DNA from: Candidatus Latescibacterota bacterium
Lineage (GTDB): Bacteria > Latescibacterota > UBA2968 > UBA8231
Reading direction: 5' to 3'
DNA: 64,000 nucleotides
Assembly: GCA_965215195.1 (NCBI GenBank)
Contig: CBDCDC010000002.1
Coordinates: 4,352,001-4,416,000 of the forward strand
The translations under genes were made by a program, and so were the position numbers. The notes under the pieces are model-generated. The model was not told the DNA's origin. It saw only the letters and a list, made by a program, of their open reading frames with translations, and searched no databases. Positions 1 through 9,671 of this stretch are shown here, piece after piece; the first letter of the stretch is position 1, and the number at the start of each line of letters is the position of its first letter.

Positions 1-1653
1 GTAGCGGGGCAGGAAATCGCGGCCCTCTTGTTTGAACATGGAATACAGGCCACGGCTGAGTAAGAAGCCAAAGGTGTAAGGGAAGTTGTAGAAGGTCACG
101 CCGGTGATATAGAAATGGAGCTTCGAGGCCCAGAAGTAGGGATCTTCGCCCCCCTGTGCGAGCGCGTCGCCGAAGACGTCGCGCTGGGTTGTGACCATTA
201 GCTCTTTGAGGCGGCTGACGGTGAGTTCGCCGCTGGTGCGCTCCTCGTAGAGCTTTTTCTCGAACTGGTAGCGCACGGGGATGTCGAGCAGGAAGATCGC
301 GCCGTGGCCGATTTCTTGGTCGAGGGCGCTGGCCTTTTGGGCCGGGCTGAAGGAAGAGTCGGCGAGGATGCCCTCGGTGAGGATCATTTCGCCGAAGGTA
401 GAGGCCGATTCGGCCAGAGTCATCGGGTAGAAGTGGGCGTAGGTGCGCGCGTCGCGCATGATGTAGCTGTGGAAGGCGTGGCCGACCTCGTGGGCGAGCG
501 TGAGCACATCGCCGAGGGTGTCGTTGTAGGTCATATAGACGCGGGACTCGCGGGTCAACAGCGAGCCGGTGCAAAAGGCCCCAGGCCGCTTGCTGGGGCG
601 GGGCGCGTGCTCAATCCATTGGCGTTTGCAGACTTGGCCGAGGAATTCGCCTAGGCGTGGATAGGCCGCCGCAAAGGAGCGGGTGACGAGGTCTGTGCCC
701 TCTTCCCAAGAGAGTTGCCCTTGGTCGGGCAGCGGCAGCGGTGCGCCCAGATCGTACCAAGCGACGCCCTCAGTACCCATGAGTTGCGCCTTGAGGGCGA
801 GGATGCGTCGGGGCAGCTCAATTTGCTCGGCAATAGCTGCAAACATCGCGTCGAGGGTCTTGGGCGAAATAGACGCTTGGAAGAGGGCGACATCGAGAAA
901 GTGGTCAATGCCGCGGTGCTGATTGAGGGTCAGTCGCGTCCCCGAGATGGCATTGAGCGCGGCACAGGCGACGTCTTCGAGGCTCTCCCAAGCCCGGTTG
1001 CCGCCGTCGAAGGCAGCTTGGCGAACTCGGCGGTCGGGGTCTTCCATCAGGGCGCGGCGTTGCGATATGGGGCGGTACTCGGTGCGACCGTCGGGAAACG
1101 CCATGTCGAATTCGAGTTTGCCGGAGATCGAGTCGTAGAGACGTCCCCAAGCGTGGAGACCGTCAACGCCGAGGTCGGCAGAGAGCACCTCCTTCTCCGG
1201 GCTCATGGTGCGCTGCGCGTCTTCGCGCTGGCGGCGGAGGAAGTGGCCGCAGTCGGCCAAGGCGGGCCGTTGGGCGAACTTGGCAAAAATTTCGTCCGAG
1301 ACGTCCTTGAGCGCACGCAGGAGCTCGACATCGAGCTTTGCGCTCTCGGCTGCCAGCAGAGCAAAGGCGGCTTCCTCGCGGGCGTAATGTTCATTGCGGG
1401 CGTCGGCCGCAGTCAGGCAGCCGAGGTAGGAGCCCAGATGGGAGAGGCGGTCGGTCAAGCCCTCAGTCAGGAGGAATATGGCTTCCCAAGCGTCGGCATT
1501 GTCCTCGGCAAGCGGTGCTAGGGCGGCGGCTTGCTGACGTGCCGCCGCAAGATCCCTTTGCAGTTCCTCTTTGAATTGCCGCATGGCTGGGCCGTCAAAT
1601 TCAGCGAAATAGCTAGTCAGGTCCCAGTCCATGGCTGTCGGGGTAGTGGTCAT
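1..1653 (-). CDS. pepF: M3 family oligoendopeptidase F-like (3' end runs off the window)
   Basis: Absent from the ORF track because it is open-ended. Manual minus-strand translation from ATG at 1653 gives MTTTPTAMDWDLTSYF..., the zinc motif LTLAHEVGHAFH (~475-505) and the M3B C-terminal motif FYNFPYTFGFL (~61-93). Confidence 0.88.
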   Translation of the reverse strand, partial: MTTTPTAMDWDLTSYFAEFDGPAMRQFKEELQRDLAAARQQAAALAPLAEDNADAWEAIFLLTEGLTDRLSHLGSYLGCLTAADARNEHYAREEAAFALLAAESAKLDVELLRALKDVSDEIFAKFAQRPALADCGHFLRRQREDAQRTMSPEKEVLSADLGVDGLHAWGRLYDSISGKLEFDMAFPDGRTEYRPISQRRALMEDPDRRVRQAAFDGGNRAWESLEDVACAALNAISGTRLTLNQHRGIDHFLDVALFQASISPKTLDAMFAAIAEQIELPRRILALKAQLMGTEGVAWYDLGAPLPLPDQGQLSWEEGTDLVTRSFAAAYPRLGEFLGQVCKRQWIEHAPRPSKRPGAFCTGSLLTRESRVYMTYNDTLGDVLTLAHEVGHAFHSYIMRDARTYAHFYPMTLAESASTFGEMILTEGILADSSFSPAQKASALDQEIGHGAIFLLDIPVRYQFEKKLYEERTSGELTVSRLKELMVTTQRDVFGDALAQGGEDPYFWASKLHFYITGVTFYNFPYTFGFLLSRGLYSMFKQEGRDFLPRY

Positions 1654-1788
1654 AGGGCGTTTTCCTTGCTGTGATGTAAGTGCCGGATAAAAATAACAGT
1701 GCCCTCTGGCACAAAGGCAAATTGGCCACTAGGCGATAGTCTCGGTCCTAAGTACATCTATCCCGTCCGTTTATTGTGGAGGCTCACG

Positions 1789-2433
1789 ATGCTCAAATGC
1801 GCGACTTCTCTGTGGTCGGCCGACTTGGCTAATCTCGCGGCTGATATCCGGCGCGTTGCACCCCATTCGGAGCGCTTCCACTTCGACGTGGCCGATGGCC
1901 ATTACACGCCGACTATGCTGTTCTTCCCAGATCTGGTGGCGGCCCTGCGACCGCATACGGATCGACCTTTTGAAATGCACCTGATGACGTGCGATCCGGC
2001 CGCGTGGATTGATCCCTTTGTTGAGGCGGGTGCCGATGCCATCATCTTCTGCTTTGATTCGGCCGCTGACCCGGGGGCCGTGCTGGAGGCGATCAAGGCA
2101 AGGGGACTTCAGGCCGGGGTCTCGCTCTTGCTGGAAGAGGATCTCGACCTACTCGAGCCCTATTGGACGCTATTGGATGTCTTGACGCTGATGAATACGG
2201 CGGCCGGGATCAAGGGAGCTGATATGGAGCCGCAGGCACCCGACAGGATCCGCCGGGCTAGGGACGAGATCGACCGGCGCGGCTTGGCGACAGTGGTGGA
2301 GGCCGATGGCGGGATTCGCCGCCACACCGTGCCGCAGATCGCACGAGCCGGTGCCGACTATATCGTCCCCGGCTCGCTGATGTTCGGGGATGATCCAAGT
2401 GCGATGCGGACGTGGCTAGCCGGGCTTGGATAG
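1789..2433 (+). CDS. rpe: Ribulose-phosphate 3-epimerase family protein
   Basis: SLWSAD, HFDVADGH, EMHLM and EADGGI motifs. ATG at 1789 after GGAGG is preferred over the track start at 1699. Confidence 0.85.
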   Translation: MLKCATSLWSADLANLAADIRRVAPHSERFHFDVADGHYTPTMLFFPDLVAALRPHTDRPFEMHLMTCDPAAWIDPFVEAGADAIIFCFDSAADPGAVLEAIKARGLQAGVSLLLEEDLDLLEPYWTLLDVLTLMNTAAGIKGADMEPQAPDRIRRARDEIDRRGLATVVEADGGIRRHTVPQIARAGADYIVPGSLMFGDDPSAMRTWLAGLG

Positions 2434-2500
2434 CCACTAGGTCGGGTGTGGCCGCTCGTATTCGAGGGTTGGATAGTTGGAGGAAATCGTCTATGCAACT

Positions 2501-4255
2501 CTATCCAAAAGAGAGTTGCATCTGTTGATCATCTGGTCGAGTGCGAATAGATTGAGAGGAATTTTCAGTCATTCCTTTATCGCCAATGGCACTACACACT
2601 TCTCCCCAGTCGATGAAGTATTCGTCAAAATAGCGAACTGGATATTTACTGAATCTAATAATGTCCTCTCTATCGGGCCTGCGTCCCAGTTTGATAGCAA
2701 TCTCCTTGACTTCGATCTGTAGTGTTTTTTTAGGCACTTCGTACTTCTGTTTTTGTAGTCTTGCAACTCTACTGTTCTTTGCTTTTGGAGTAGTACCATT
2801 TTTTGCAAACGGATCCCTCCCTTTTTGCAGGTCTAAATGTCTCTGTTCGGCAATTGCATGATATTTAGCCGACAGTTCAATTCCAATGAATTTTCTTCCA
2901 AGCATCTCTGATGTTAAAGTCGTTGTACCTGCGCCGTTAAAAGGATCTAAAACGAGATCTCCTTCTTTGGTAAAGGTATGGATAAGTCGCTTCATCAGTG
3001 ATGGAGGTAGTTGACATGGATGATCAACTCTTTTTGAATTGTGCTTTAGCCTATGGATATCCCACCACAAATTTCCAATCGGCTGTCGGTCTGTAATTTT
3101 GTTTATATTTCTTTTTTTGATACAAGAGGTTCTAACGCAATACCATGGTTTGAGGCTCATGAAGTTTTGGGGAGTTCGCCAACTAGCTTTCTTTTCGTGA
3201 TTGGCAATTTCAATTGGCCGACCTTTACTAAAGCAAATTATTCCATAATGTGCCGGCATAATTTTTCTGATGGGTAAGCTCAATCCCTCCCAAACTATCC
3301 AATCTTGGTAATATAAAATGCTTCTCGCGAACGAAAAATGCCTGACGATCCAGAGAGGAATATTTATAATTGCAAGAGTCCGACTGGGTTTCAAAACTCT
3401 AGCTGATTCAGCTATCCATTGATCACACCATGAAAAGTAATTACTAATATCTTGGGCATCATTCCAGTTATCATATTTCTTTTTTATATTATATGGAGGA
3501 TCAGCAAAAATAAAATCTACGGAATTTTCAGGGATAGTTTTGAGGATATCTAAACAATCTCCGTTGAGTAAACGACTCCTGCCGGGGTTATTAATTATTC
3601 CGTTTGAAGAGCGGAATTTTCTCTTTTTGGAGAATGTAAGAAAGTTCCTGACATCGCAGTAAATAAGTTGGCTATAAGGTTCGTGCCCAAAGAGATCCGC
3701 TAGTCTTTCCAGAATAGCTCTTGGTGCTGTATCATTATCATAAGAAATATCGCGCCAAATATCAGACATAAGAGTCCCATAGGGGCTATAAATATGTTTC
3801 TTACCTCCGTAGTCCTTTGTTGTTTTGTTGCAGGCAGGACAGTACGTATATTCTATTTGAGTCTTGTTATGCTTCAAAGAACCCTTGTAACGGGTAAAAA
3901 CTAAGAGAGCAATATGGCCATCTGGCAAGGCCCCCAATCGCAGTATCTCTTGTTTGCGTTTGACAGCAATCCAAAGTTTGAAATAGACGCGGTTCTGAAG
4001 TTTTTCTATTATATAGCAAGCTATGTGAGGATTTGTCAAAAAACAAATTGTACTTTCTGCGGGCAATTTTTCAAGAAAATCATCGAAACCTTGCTTAAGA
4101 AATTCCACAGAAACTTTATCGTCGAGACCAATTTCTGTAGTCAAATGGAAAAGCCATACATCCGGCCGTAGTGACTTTGGCGATAATTTTTGAAAATTTT
4201 CAAATGTCCTTATTGATATATCTAAGGACTTGCAGTTTTCACTCCGGTGAGCCAT
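2501..4255 (-). CDS. Beta-class N6A/N4C DNA methyltransferase with an N-terminal degenerate MTase-like domain and a C-terminal helical repeat
   Basis: GDCLDIL...FADPPYN (motif IV) precedes HPCQLP...VLDPFNGAGTT (motif I), which is beta-class order. About 225 extra aa at the N-terminus. The C-terminal LGRRP...YF..W segment resembles the homing-endonuclease-associated repeat. Confidence 0.9.
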   Translation of the reverse strand: MAHRSENCKSLDISIRTFENFQKLSPKSLRPDVWLFHLTTEIGLDDKVSVEFLKQGFDDFLEKLPAESTICFLTNPHIACYIIEKLQNRVYFKLWIAVKRKQEILRLGALPDGHIALLVFTRYKGSLKHNKTQIEYTYCPACNKTTKDYGGKKHIYSPYGTLMSDIWRDISYDNDTAPRAILERLADLFGHEPYSQLIYCDVRNFLTFSKKRKFRSSNGIINNPGRSRLLNGDCLDILKTIPENSVDFIFADPPYNIKKKYDNWNDAQDISNYFSWCDQWIAESARVLKPSRTLAIINIPLWIVRHFSFARSILYYQDWIVWEGLSLPIRKIMPAHYGIICFSKGRPIEIANHEKKASWRTPQNFMSLKPWYCVRTSCIKKRNINKITDRQPIGNLWWDIHRLKHNSKRVDHPCQLPPSLMKRLIHTFTKEGDLVLDPFNGAGTTTLTSEMLGRKFIGIELSAKYHAIAEQRHLDLQKGRDPFAKNGTTPKAKNSRVARLQKQKYEVPKKTLQIEVKEIAIKLGRRPDREDIIRFSKYPVRYFDEYFIDWGEVCSAIGDKGMTENSSQSIRTRPDDQQMQLSFG

Positions 4256-4256
4256 T

Positions 4257-5291
4257 TTAGTTACCTCCTTCCATAGTTTCTGCTAGACGTCTAATATCGC
4301 CGTCACTAAGATTGATGATACAGTCGCTGTACTTGATTAAGTTCTTCACAAAAGAGCGGCGTTCAAAATTGCCAGCACCATCAACTACATACGCAATTTT
4401 ATGCCCTTTTTCACGAAGAAGCCTTTGTCTATCAGGAGCGGATTGAGCTTTCCTTTCTACTACACTGTTTGTAGTAAATTGAAAACTCACTTCAATACCC
4501 CAATAATTACCATTAGGACTTTTACCGACGATGTCAAATTTTGTATCTGTTCTACCTTCGGTCTGGCTGATGCTTGGAATCGTGGTTTGTGAGAAATCCC
4601 AACTCGGGAGATATTGAGCCAACCGCTCTTTTACATAATTCTGAGCGAGGTAACCCATCCTGTTGGACGTTGCACCTCCAGTAATTCGACTAACTAAGAT
4701 ATATCTTTCTTTAATATATTTTTCCAACCTTGGTTTGTCGCCAATCATTGAACCAATAATACATTTGTCTTCGATTTCCTTTGGTAAAAAATCATTCGTT
4801 GACAAACCACCAAATAAAATCAGGGTACTTACGTCAACAATAGAGTCTGTAAGGTCAAAACGTTGCTGGATTCCCTCTCCGTCAAGCCCTAAGCTGGGAT
4901 TACTCCACCTTCTGCCACAAAAAAGAGATTTCATCTCGTAATCGTAATTTTTGCCACGAAAGGTGAATTTGAAATTCTCGTACTTAAATTTTTCTGGAAG
5001 CTCTGCTGCAAAGCGTTTTAAGTTTTCTCCGCTGATATCGGATAAAATGCAAAGATGTTTTAAAAAAAGATTTGGATAGAGATCTTCAACAAAACCTAAA
5101 ATCTTAGTCCAATCATAAGGAGCTTTATATCCAAGTTGGAGCATACTTATAAAACTATCTTGCGTTTTAAGAAGCAGAGGGATAATACTAGAATTCTTCT
5201 CTTGCTTGGCGATTTCAGATGGCCAATAGATTACAGCATTTTCCTTCAGTTCTTCTACTGTTTCAGGATTAGGCATTACCAGATTCTCCAT
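4257..5291 (-). CDS. Type II restriction endonuclease, BanI/HgiCI-like (PD-(D/E)xK)
   Basis: N-terminus EELKENAVIYWP...SIIPLLLKTQDSFIS...PNLFLKHL closely resembles R.BanI/R.HgiCI as recalled. Catalytic-like KFDIV...IEVSFQ. Lies 1 bp upstream of the MTase. Low GC. Confidence 0.78.
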   Translation of the reverse strand: MENLVMPNPETVEELKENAVIYWPSEIAKQEKNSSIIPLLLKTQDSFISMLQLGYKAPYDWTKILGFVEDLYPNLFLKHLCILSDISGENLKRFAAELPEKFKYENFKFTFRGKNYDYEMKSLFCGRRWSNPSLGLDGEGIQQRFDLTDSIVDVSTLILFGGLSTNDFLPKEIEDKCIIGSMIGDKPRLEKYIKERYILVSRITGGATSNRMGYLAQNYVKERLAQYLPSWDFSQTTIPSISQTEGRTDTKFDIVGKSPNGNYWGIEVSFQFTTNSVVERKAQSAPDRQRLLREKGHKIAYVVDGAGNFERRSFVKNLIKYSDCIINLSDGDIRRLAETMEGGN

Positions 5292-5391
5292 TTTCAGGCA
5301 AAAGTAGGGCCGATAATGACCTGACTACTGGGTAATATAGCCAATATCTAATAGCGTGGAAATATGAATTAGTGCCGCGGCTGAGGGCAAC

Positions 5392-7281
5392 TTACAGCAG
5401 CTTGCACCCGGCTAGTTCCTTGGTACTCAGGCGGATGCCGCCGGCGCGGAGCCCGCGCACGGGATATTGGCCGATGGGGAAGACCTCGTTGAGCTTGCGC
5501 AGGCGCGGCTTGGGCTTGTAGGCGAGGGCGATCTTTTTGTTAGAATCCGTGGTCAGCTTGAGCACTTTGCACTCGGCCGGCACGAGATCGTAGCTACGGC
5601 CTAAGATGAACTTGTCGATTGTGCAGCGCTTGATGTAGGAGGCACCGGCCTTGTCCTTATAGACGATGCTGAAAACTAGGTCCTTGTCGATCAAGCCGCA
5701 GTGGAGCAAGCCCTTGCCGACGAAGAGCTTGTCCGGCGCGTGGACGACCGAGTAGGTGCCGCCCTTGCGGATGGCGAGCACAGGGTCGTAGAGCGATACG
5801 TCGAAGAGGACAGTGCCGTTGATTTGGTGGCCGAGATAGCCGGTCTTTTTGTCGTAGCGGAGCTTGAGGTTGCGGTTGGCAGCCGAGCGCACATCAACTC
5901 TTTTGAGCTCCACGATTTTGGTGCGGCGCGGGAACTGGCTGCGGTAGCGACTGATGAGGTCTTGCAGGAAGGAGATGGTGTAGGGAATGATGCTGTCTAA
6001 ATGGCCCTTGATCTCGCGCAGCCGGCCGCGGATCTGGGTCATTTCCCTTTGGGCGCGGTTGGTGTCGTAGAGCGAGATGCGGCGGATTGGTATGGCGAGC
6101 AAGGCGTCGATGTCGTCGGCAGTAACGGCGCGTTTGATTTGCGCGGCAAAGGGCGCAAGCCCCGCACGCACGGCCGCGGCGATCTGCTTGGGGGAGGCTT
6201 CGCTCTCAATGGCCTCGTACACGCGGTTGGCAATGAAAATTTGCTCCAAGGTGCGGGCGTGGAGCCGGTCGTTGAGCTGGTCGGCTTCGAGGTGCAGCTC
6301 GGCCTTGAGAATATCGACGAGGCGATCGACGTTGTACTGCAAGACTTCGGTCGCGCTCATGACTTGGGGCTTGTCCTGCTGGTTGATCAGCATCAGGTGA
6401 GTCGAAATCGACATCTCGCAGTCCGTGAAGGCGTAGAGCGCATCCACGACCTCCTCGGTGTACGTGCCGCGCGGCAGTTTGATCTCGATCTCAACCTCTT
6501 CGGCTGTGTAGTCGCTGATGGTGCCGATCTTGATTTTGTTTTTGCGCACCGCGTCTTCTATGGAAGCGATAAGCTGTTCGGTGGTGGTGCCGAAGGGAAT
6601 CTCGCGGATGAGGATGCGCTTGGGGTCGGAAGCGTCGAGCTTGGCGCGGACTAAGACCTTGCCGTTGCCGTCGTTGTACGTCGAAAGGTCGGCGAGCCCG
6701 CCGGTGGGAAAATCCGGGCGAATGGCAAAGGGCCGGTCCTGCAGGTAAGCGACTTGGGCCTCTAGAAGCTCGATGAGGTTGTGCGGCAGGATCTTGGTGG
6801 CCATGCCGACGGCAATGCCCTCAGCTCCTTGGGCGAGGAGCACCGGGAGCTTGGCGGGAAAAACCACGGGCTCCTCGTTGCGGCTGTCGTACGAGGGAAC
6901 GCGTGGGGTAAGCGCTTTGTTGAAGAGGGTTTCCTTGGCCAAGGGCGTGAGGCGGCACTCAATATAGCGTGCGGCAGCGGCTTCGTCGCCCGTGTAGATG
7001 TTGCCAAAATTGCCCTGTTTCTCAATGAAAAGGTCCTTGTTGGCGAGGACGACTAAGGCCCCGTAGATCGACTGGTCGCCGTGCGGGTGGTACTGCATGG
7101 TTTGGCCGACCACATTGGCGACCTTGTGGAACTTGCCGTCGTCGATCTGCTGGAGAGCGTAGAGGATGCGCCGCTGGACGGGCTTGAACCCGTCGTCGAG
7201 GTGCGGGATGGCGCGATCCTTGATGTAGTAAGCGGCGTATCTGAGGAAGTAGCTCTCGTATAAGCGGTCTATATAGGCCAT
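5392..7281 (-). CDS. parC: DNA topoisomerase IV subunit A
   Basis: [29 protein letters not shown] and AAARYIE (active-site Tyr). Short CTD with no GyrA box. Confidence 0.9.
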   Translation of the reverse strand: MAYIDRLYESYFLRYAAYYIKDRAIPHLDDGFKPVQRRILYALQQIDDGKFHKVANVVGQTMQYHPHGDQSIYGALVVLANKDLFIEKQGNFGNIYTGDEAAAARYIECRLTPLAKETLFNKALTPRVPSYDSRNEEPVVFPAKLPVLLAQGAEGIAVGMATKILPHNLIELLEAQVAYLQDRPFAIRPDFPTGGLADLSTYNDGNGKVLVRAKLDASDPKRILIREIPFGTTTEQLIASIEDAVRKNKIKIGTISDYTAEEVEIEIKLPRGTYTEEVVDALYAFTDCEMSISTHLMLINQQDKPQVMSATEVLQYNVDRLVDILKAELHLEADQLNDRLHARTLEQIFIANRVYEAIESEASPKQIAAAVRAGLAPFAAQIKRAVTADDIDALLAIPIRRISLYDTNRAQREMTQIRGRLREIKGHLDSIIPYTISFLQDLISRYRSQFPRRTKIVELKRVDVRSAANRNLKLRYDKKTGYLGHQINGTVLFDVSLYDPVLAIRKGGTYSVVHAPDKLFVGKGLLHCGLIDKDLVFSIVYKDKAGASYIKRCTIDKFILGRSYDLVPAECKVLKLTTDSNKKIALAYKPKPRLRKLNEVFPIGQYPVRGLRAGGIRLSTKELAGCKLL

Positions 7282-9104
7282 TAGACTAGGTGCTCCATGA
7301 TGTAGTCGCGGCGTTGCGGGGTGTTTCTACCCATGTAAAAGGAGAGGGTCTGCGGCACGGTGTCTAGCGAGCGCACAGCGACCTTGACCAAGCGCATGTC
7401 GCCGTTGATAAACTGCCCGAATTCCTTGGGGGAGATTTCGCCCAAACCCTTGAAGCGAGTGACCTCGACGCTGCCCTTGAGCCGGTTCTCGGCGCGCTCG
7501 CGCTCGCGCTGGTCGTAGCAATAGAGGGTCTGGCGCTTGTTGCGCACCCGGAAGAGCGGGGTCTCCAAGATGTAGAGGTGGCCGCTGGTCACGAGCTCCT
7601 CGAAGTACGTGAGGAAGAAGGTCATCAGCAAGGTGCGGATGTGGAAGCCATCTTCGTCGGCATCCGTGGCCAAGATGACGCTGTCGTAGCGCAGATTTTC
7701 CACGTCCTCTTCAATGCCCAGCGCCATCATCATGTTGTACAGCTCTTCGTTTTTGTAGATGGCGGCGCGGGTTTTGCCACAGAGGTTTTGCGGCTTGCCC
7801 TTGAGGGTGAAGATGGCTTGGGTCTCCGGGTCGCGCGAGGAGACGATGGAGCCAGCGGCCGACTGACCCTCGGCGATAAAGATCATGGAATCCTCTCCGC
7901 GCTTCTTGTCGCCTTTGTGGTACTTGCAGTCCTTGAGCTGGGGAATTTTGATCTCAATGCGGCGCGCGGCCTCCTTGGCTTCCTTTTTAACTGCGTTCAG
8001 CTCCTTGCGCAGCTTCTCATTGTGGATGATGCGCGCTTCGAGCTTTTGCGCGGTCTCCCGATTTTTGTGCAGGAAATCGACGATGGCTTCGCGGGTCTCG
8101 TTGACGATCCAGCCGCGGACGTCGGTATTGCCCAGCTTGTTTTTGGTTTGCGACTCGAAAATCGGCTCCTTGACCTTGACGGCGACGACGCCAAAGGCCC
8201 CATCGCGGACATCGACGCCGTTGAAGGTTTTCTTGTAAAATTCGTTGACGCCCTTGAGTACGCCTTCGCGGAACGCGCTCTGGTGGGTGCCGCCGTCGGC
8301 CGTGTACTGGCCGTTGACAAAGGAACGGTAGGACTCGCCGTAGCTATGGACGTGGGTGAGGGCAAATTCGAGGTATTGGCCCTTGTAGTAAGCGGGCGGA
8401 TAGAAAACCGAGTCGCCGGCTTCGCTTTTGAGGAGGTTGAGCAGGCCCTGTTTGGACTCGAATTTTTGGCGGTTGAAGTACAGGCGCAGGCCCTGGTTGA
8501 GGCAGGCGTAGTTCCACATCCGGCGCTCGACGAACTCGTGGTTGAAGGCGAATTCGCCAAAGATGGCCGGATCGGGCAAAAACTCGACGTACGTGCCGTC
8601 GGGCGCGTTGGGCGCTCGGCTCTTCTTTTGCTTTTTCAGCTCGCCGCGCTCAAAGAGCACTTCGGCGCACCGGCCGTCGCGGTAGGAGCGGACAGCGAAG
8701 TGGGCCGAAAGCGCGTTGACGGCCTTGGTGCCGACGCCGTTAAGCCCCACGCTGAACTGGAACACATCGTCGTTGTATTTGGCACCGGTGTTGATGACCG
8801 AGACGCACTCTACTACCTTGCCGAGGGGAATGCCGCGGCCGTAGTCGCGGACCTTGACCCGCCCCTTGTCGATCTCGACGTCGATCTGCTTGCCACAGCC
8901 CATGATGAACTCATCGACGGCGTTATCGACGACCTCTTTGAGCAAGATGTAGATGCCGTCGTCGGAATCGTCCCCCGAGCCGAGGCGGCCGATGTACATG
9001 CCGGTCCGCAGACGGATGTGTTCAAGCGAAGAGAGGGTCTTGATCTTGCTTTCGTCGTACGTGGCCTTGCCGTTGGCGCGGCTGTTGATCAGAGTCTTGG
9101 CCAT
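7281..9104 (-). CDS. parE: DNA topoisomerase IV subunit B
   Basis: EVVDNAVDE, DYGRGIP and GLNGVG (GHKL ATPase); AEGQSA and ATDADEDG (TOPRIM); RFKGLGE. 1-bp overlap with parC. Confidence 0.9.
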   Translation of the reverse strand: MAKTLINSRANGKATYDESKIKTLSSLEHIRLRTGMYIGRLGSGDDSDDGIYILLKEVVDNAVDEFIMGCGKQIDVEIDKGRVKVRDYGRGIPLGKVVECVSVINTGAKYNDDVFQFSVGLNGVGTKAVNALSAHFAVRSYRDGRCAEVLFERGELKKQKKSRAPNAPDGTYVEFLPDPAIFGEFAFNHEFVERRMWNYACLNQGLRLYFNRQKFESKQGLLNLLKSEAGDSVFYPPAYYKGQYLEFALTHVHSYGESYRSFVNGQYTADGGTHQSAFREGVLKGVNEFYKKTFNGVDVRDGAFGVVAVKVKEPIFESQTKNKLGNTDVRGWIVNETREAIVDFLHKNRETAQKLEARIIHNEKLRKELNAVKKEAKEAARRIEIKIPQLKDCKYHKGDKKRGEDSMIFIAEGQSAAGSIVSSRDPETQAIFTLKGKPQNLCGKTRAAIYKNEELYNMMMALGIEEDVENLRYDSVILATDADEDGFHIRTLLMTFFLTYFEELVTSGHLYILETPLFRVRNKRQTLYCYDQRERERAENRLKGSVEVTRFKGLGEISPKEFGQFINGDMRLVKVAVRSLDTVPQTLSFYMGRNTPQRRDYIMEHLV

Positions 9105-9671
9105 TGTTTCTAATAATATAGTAGAATGAGCCGCGCCTCAGTGGGGGAGGGACGCGACTGGCGGACAATGGGAGCGATTAAAATGAAGGAGAAAACAGAA
9201 GCATAGGAGGAGAGCAGAAGGGGTAGCCACTCTCCTTGGTGCAACTGCTAGTTCAAGAAATTCTCCGTTTGCTTAATATAGTGAACATAAATGCAGTTGT
9301 CAATCAAATGCAGGTGTGGGCAGAAGCGGTGATTTAGCGACTTTGCTGTATCTTTTGGGAACGGTAGTGTTACAGAGGTGATACACTTTGGCGTATCGAC
9401 TGGTTGGAGCGGAAGCTGTGGCGACAAAAAATCTGGATTGGCTAACCTACCTAATTTCAAGGAGTTAGCGAATACCAACGACGGCTCAGTCTATCTGGTG
9501 TGCTTCTTGGCACGTTTTTCGCTTTTGTTCCCGCTGAGGCCGAGACCTCAGTCGTGCTTCAAACCATCTTCAACTAGAGGTATATTTCAATTGCTCGCAT
9601 CTATAAGAGAAAGATTGGCATCAAGGTTATTGTGGTGGAGCAGTGGCCTCAGAAGATCCTCGGAAACCAAT

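Larger units (their letters stand above)
2470..5375. other. Low-GC insert carrying the R-M pair
   Basis: Abrupt AT enrichment relative to the rpe and parC flanks. No integrase or terminal repeats seen. Confidence 0.7.

Noticed and set aside
304-1574. Plus-strand ORFs such as 715..1521 (268 aa)
   Set aside because: Antisense shadows of the minus-strand M3 peptidase, which has clear HExxH and YNFPY motifs.
5392-9104. Possible gyrA/gyrB call
   Set aside because: The A subunit has a short CTD with no GyrA box and the pair fits topoisomerase IV better.
7578-9113. 511-aa plus-strand ORF
   Set aside because: Exact antisense of parE. Long shadow ORFs are expected at high GC, and it has no motifs.
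9378-9671. N-terminal 98-aa extension of the GT/TGase ORF
   Set aside because: No domain-like character, and GT-B homology begins right after Met at 9672. Likely untranslated.
9105-9671. Integrase, att site, tRNA or IS ends at the island's left edge
   Set aside because: Only short hairpins were found, with no recognisable tRNA, recombinase or repeat shared with the right edge.
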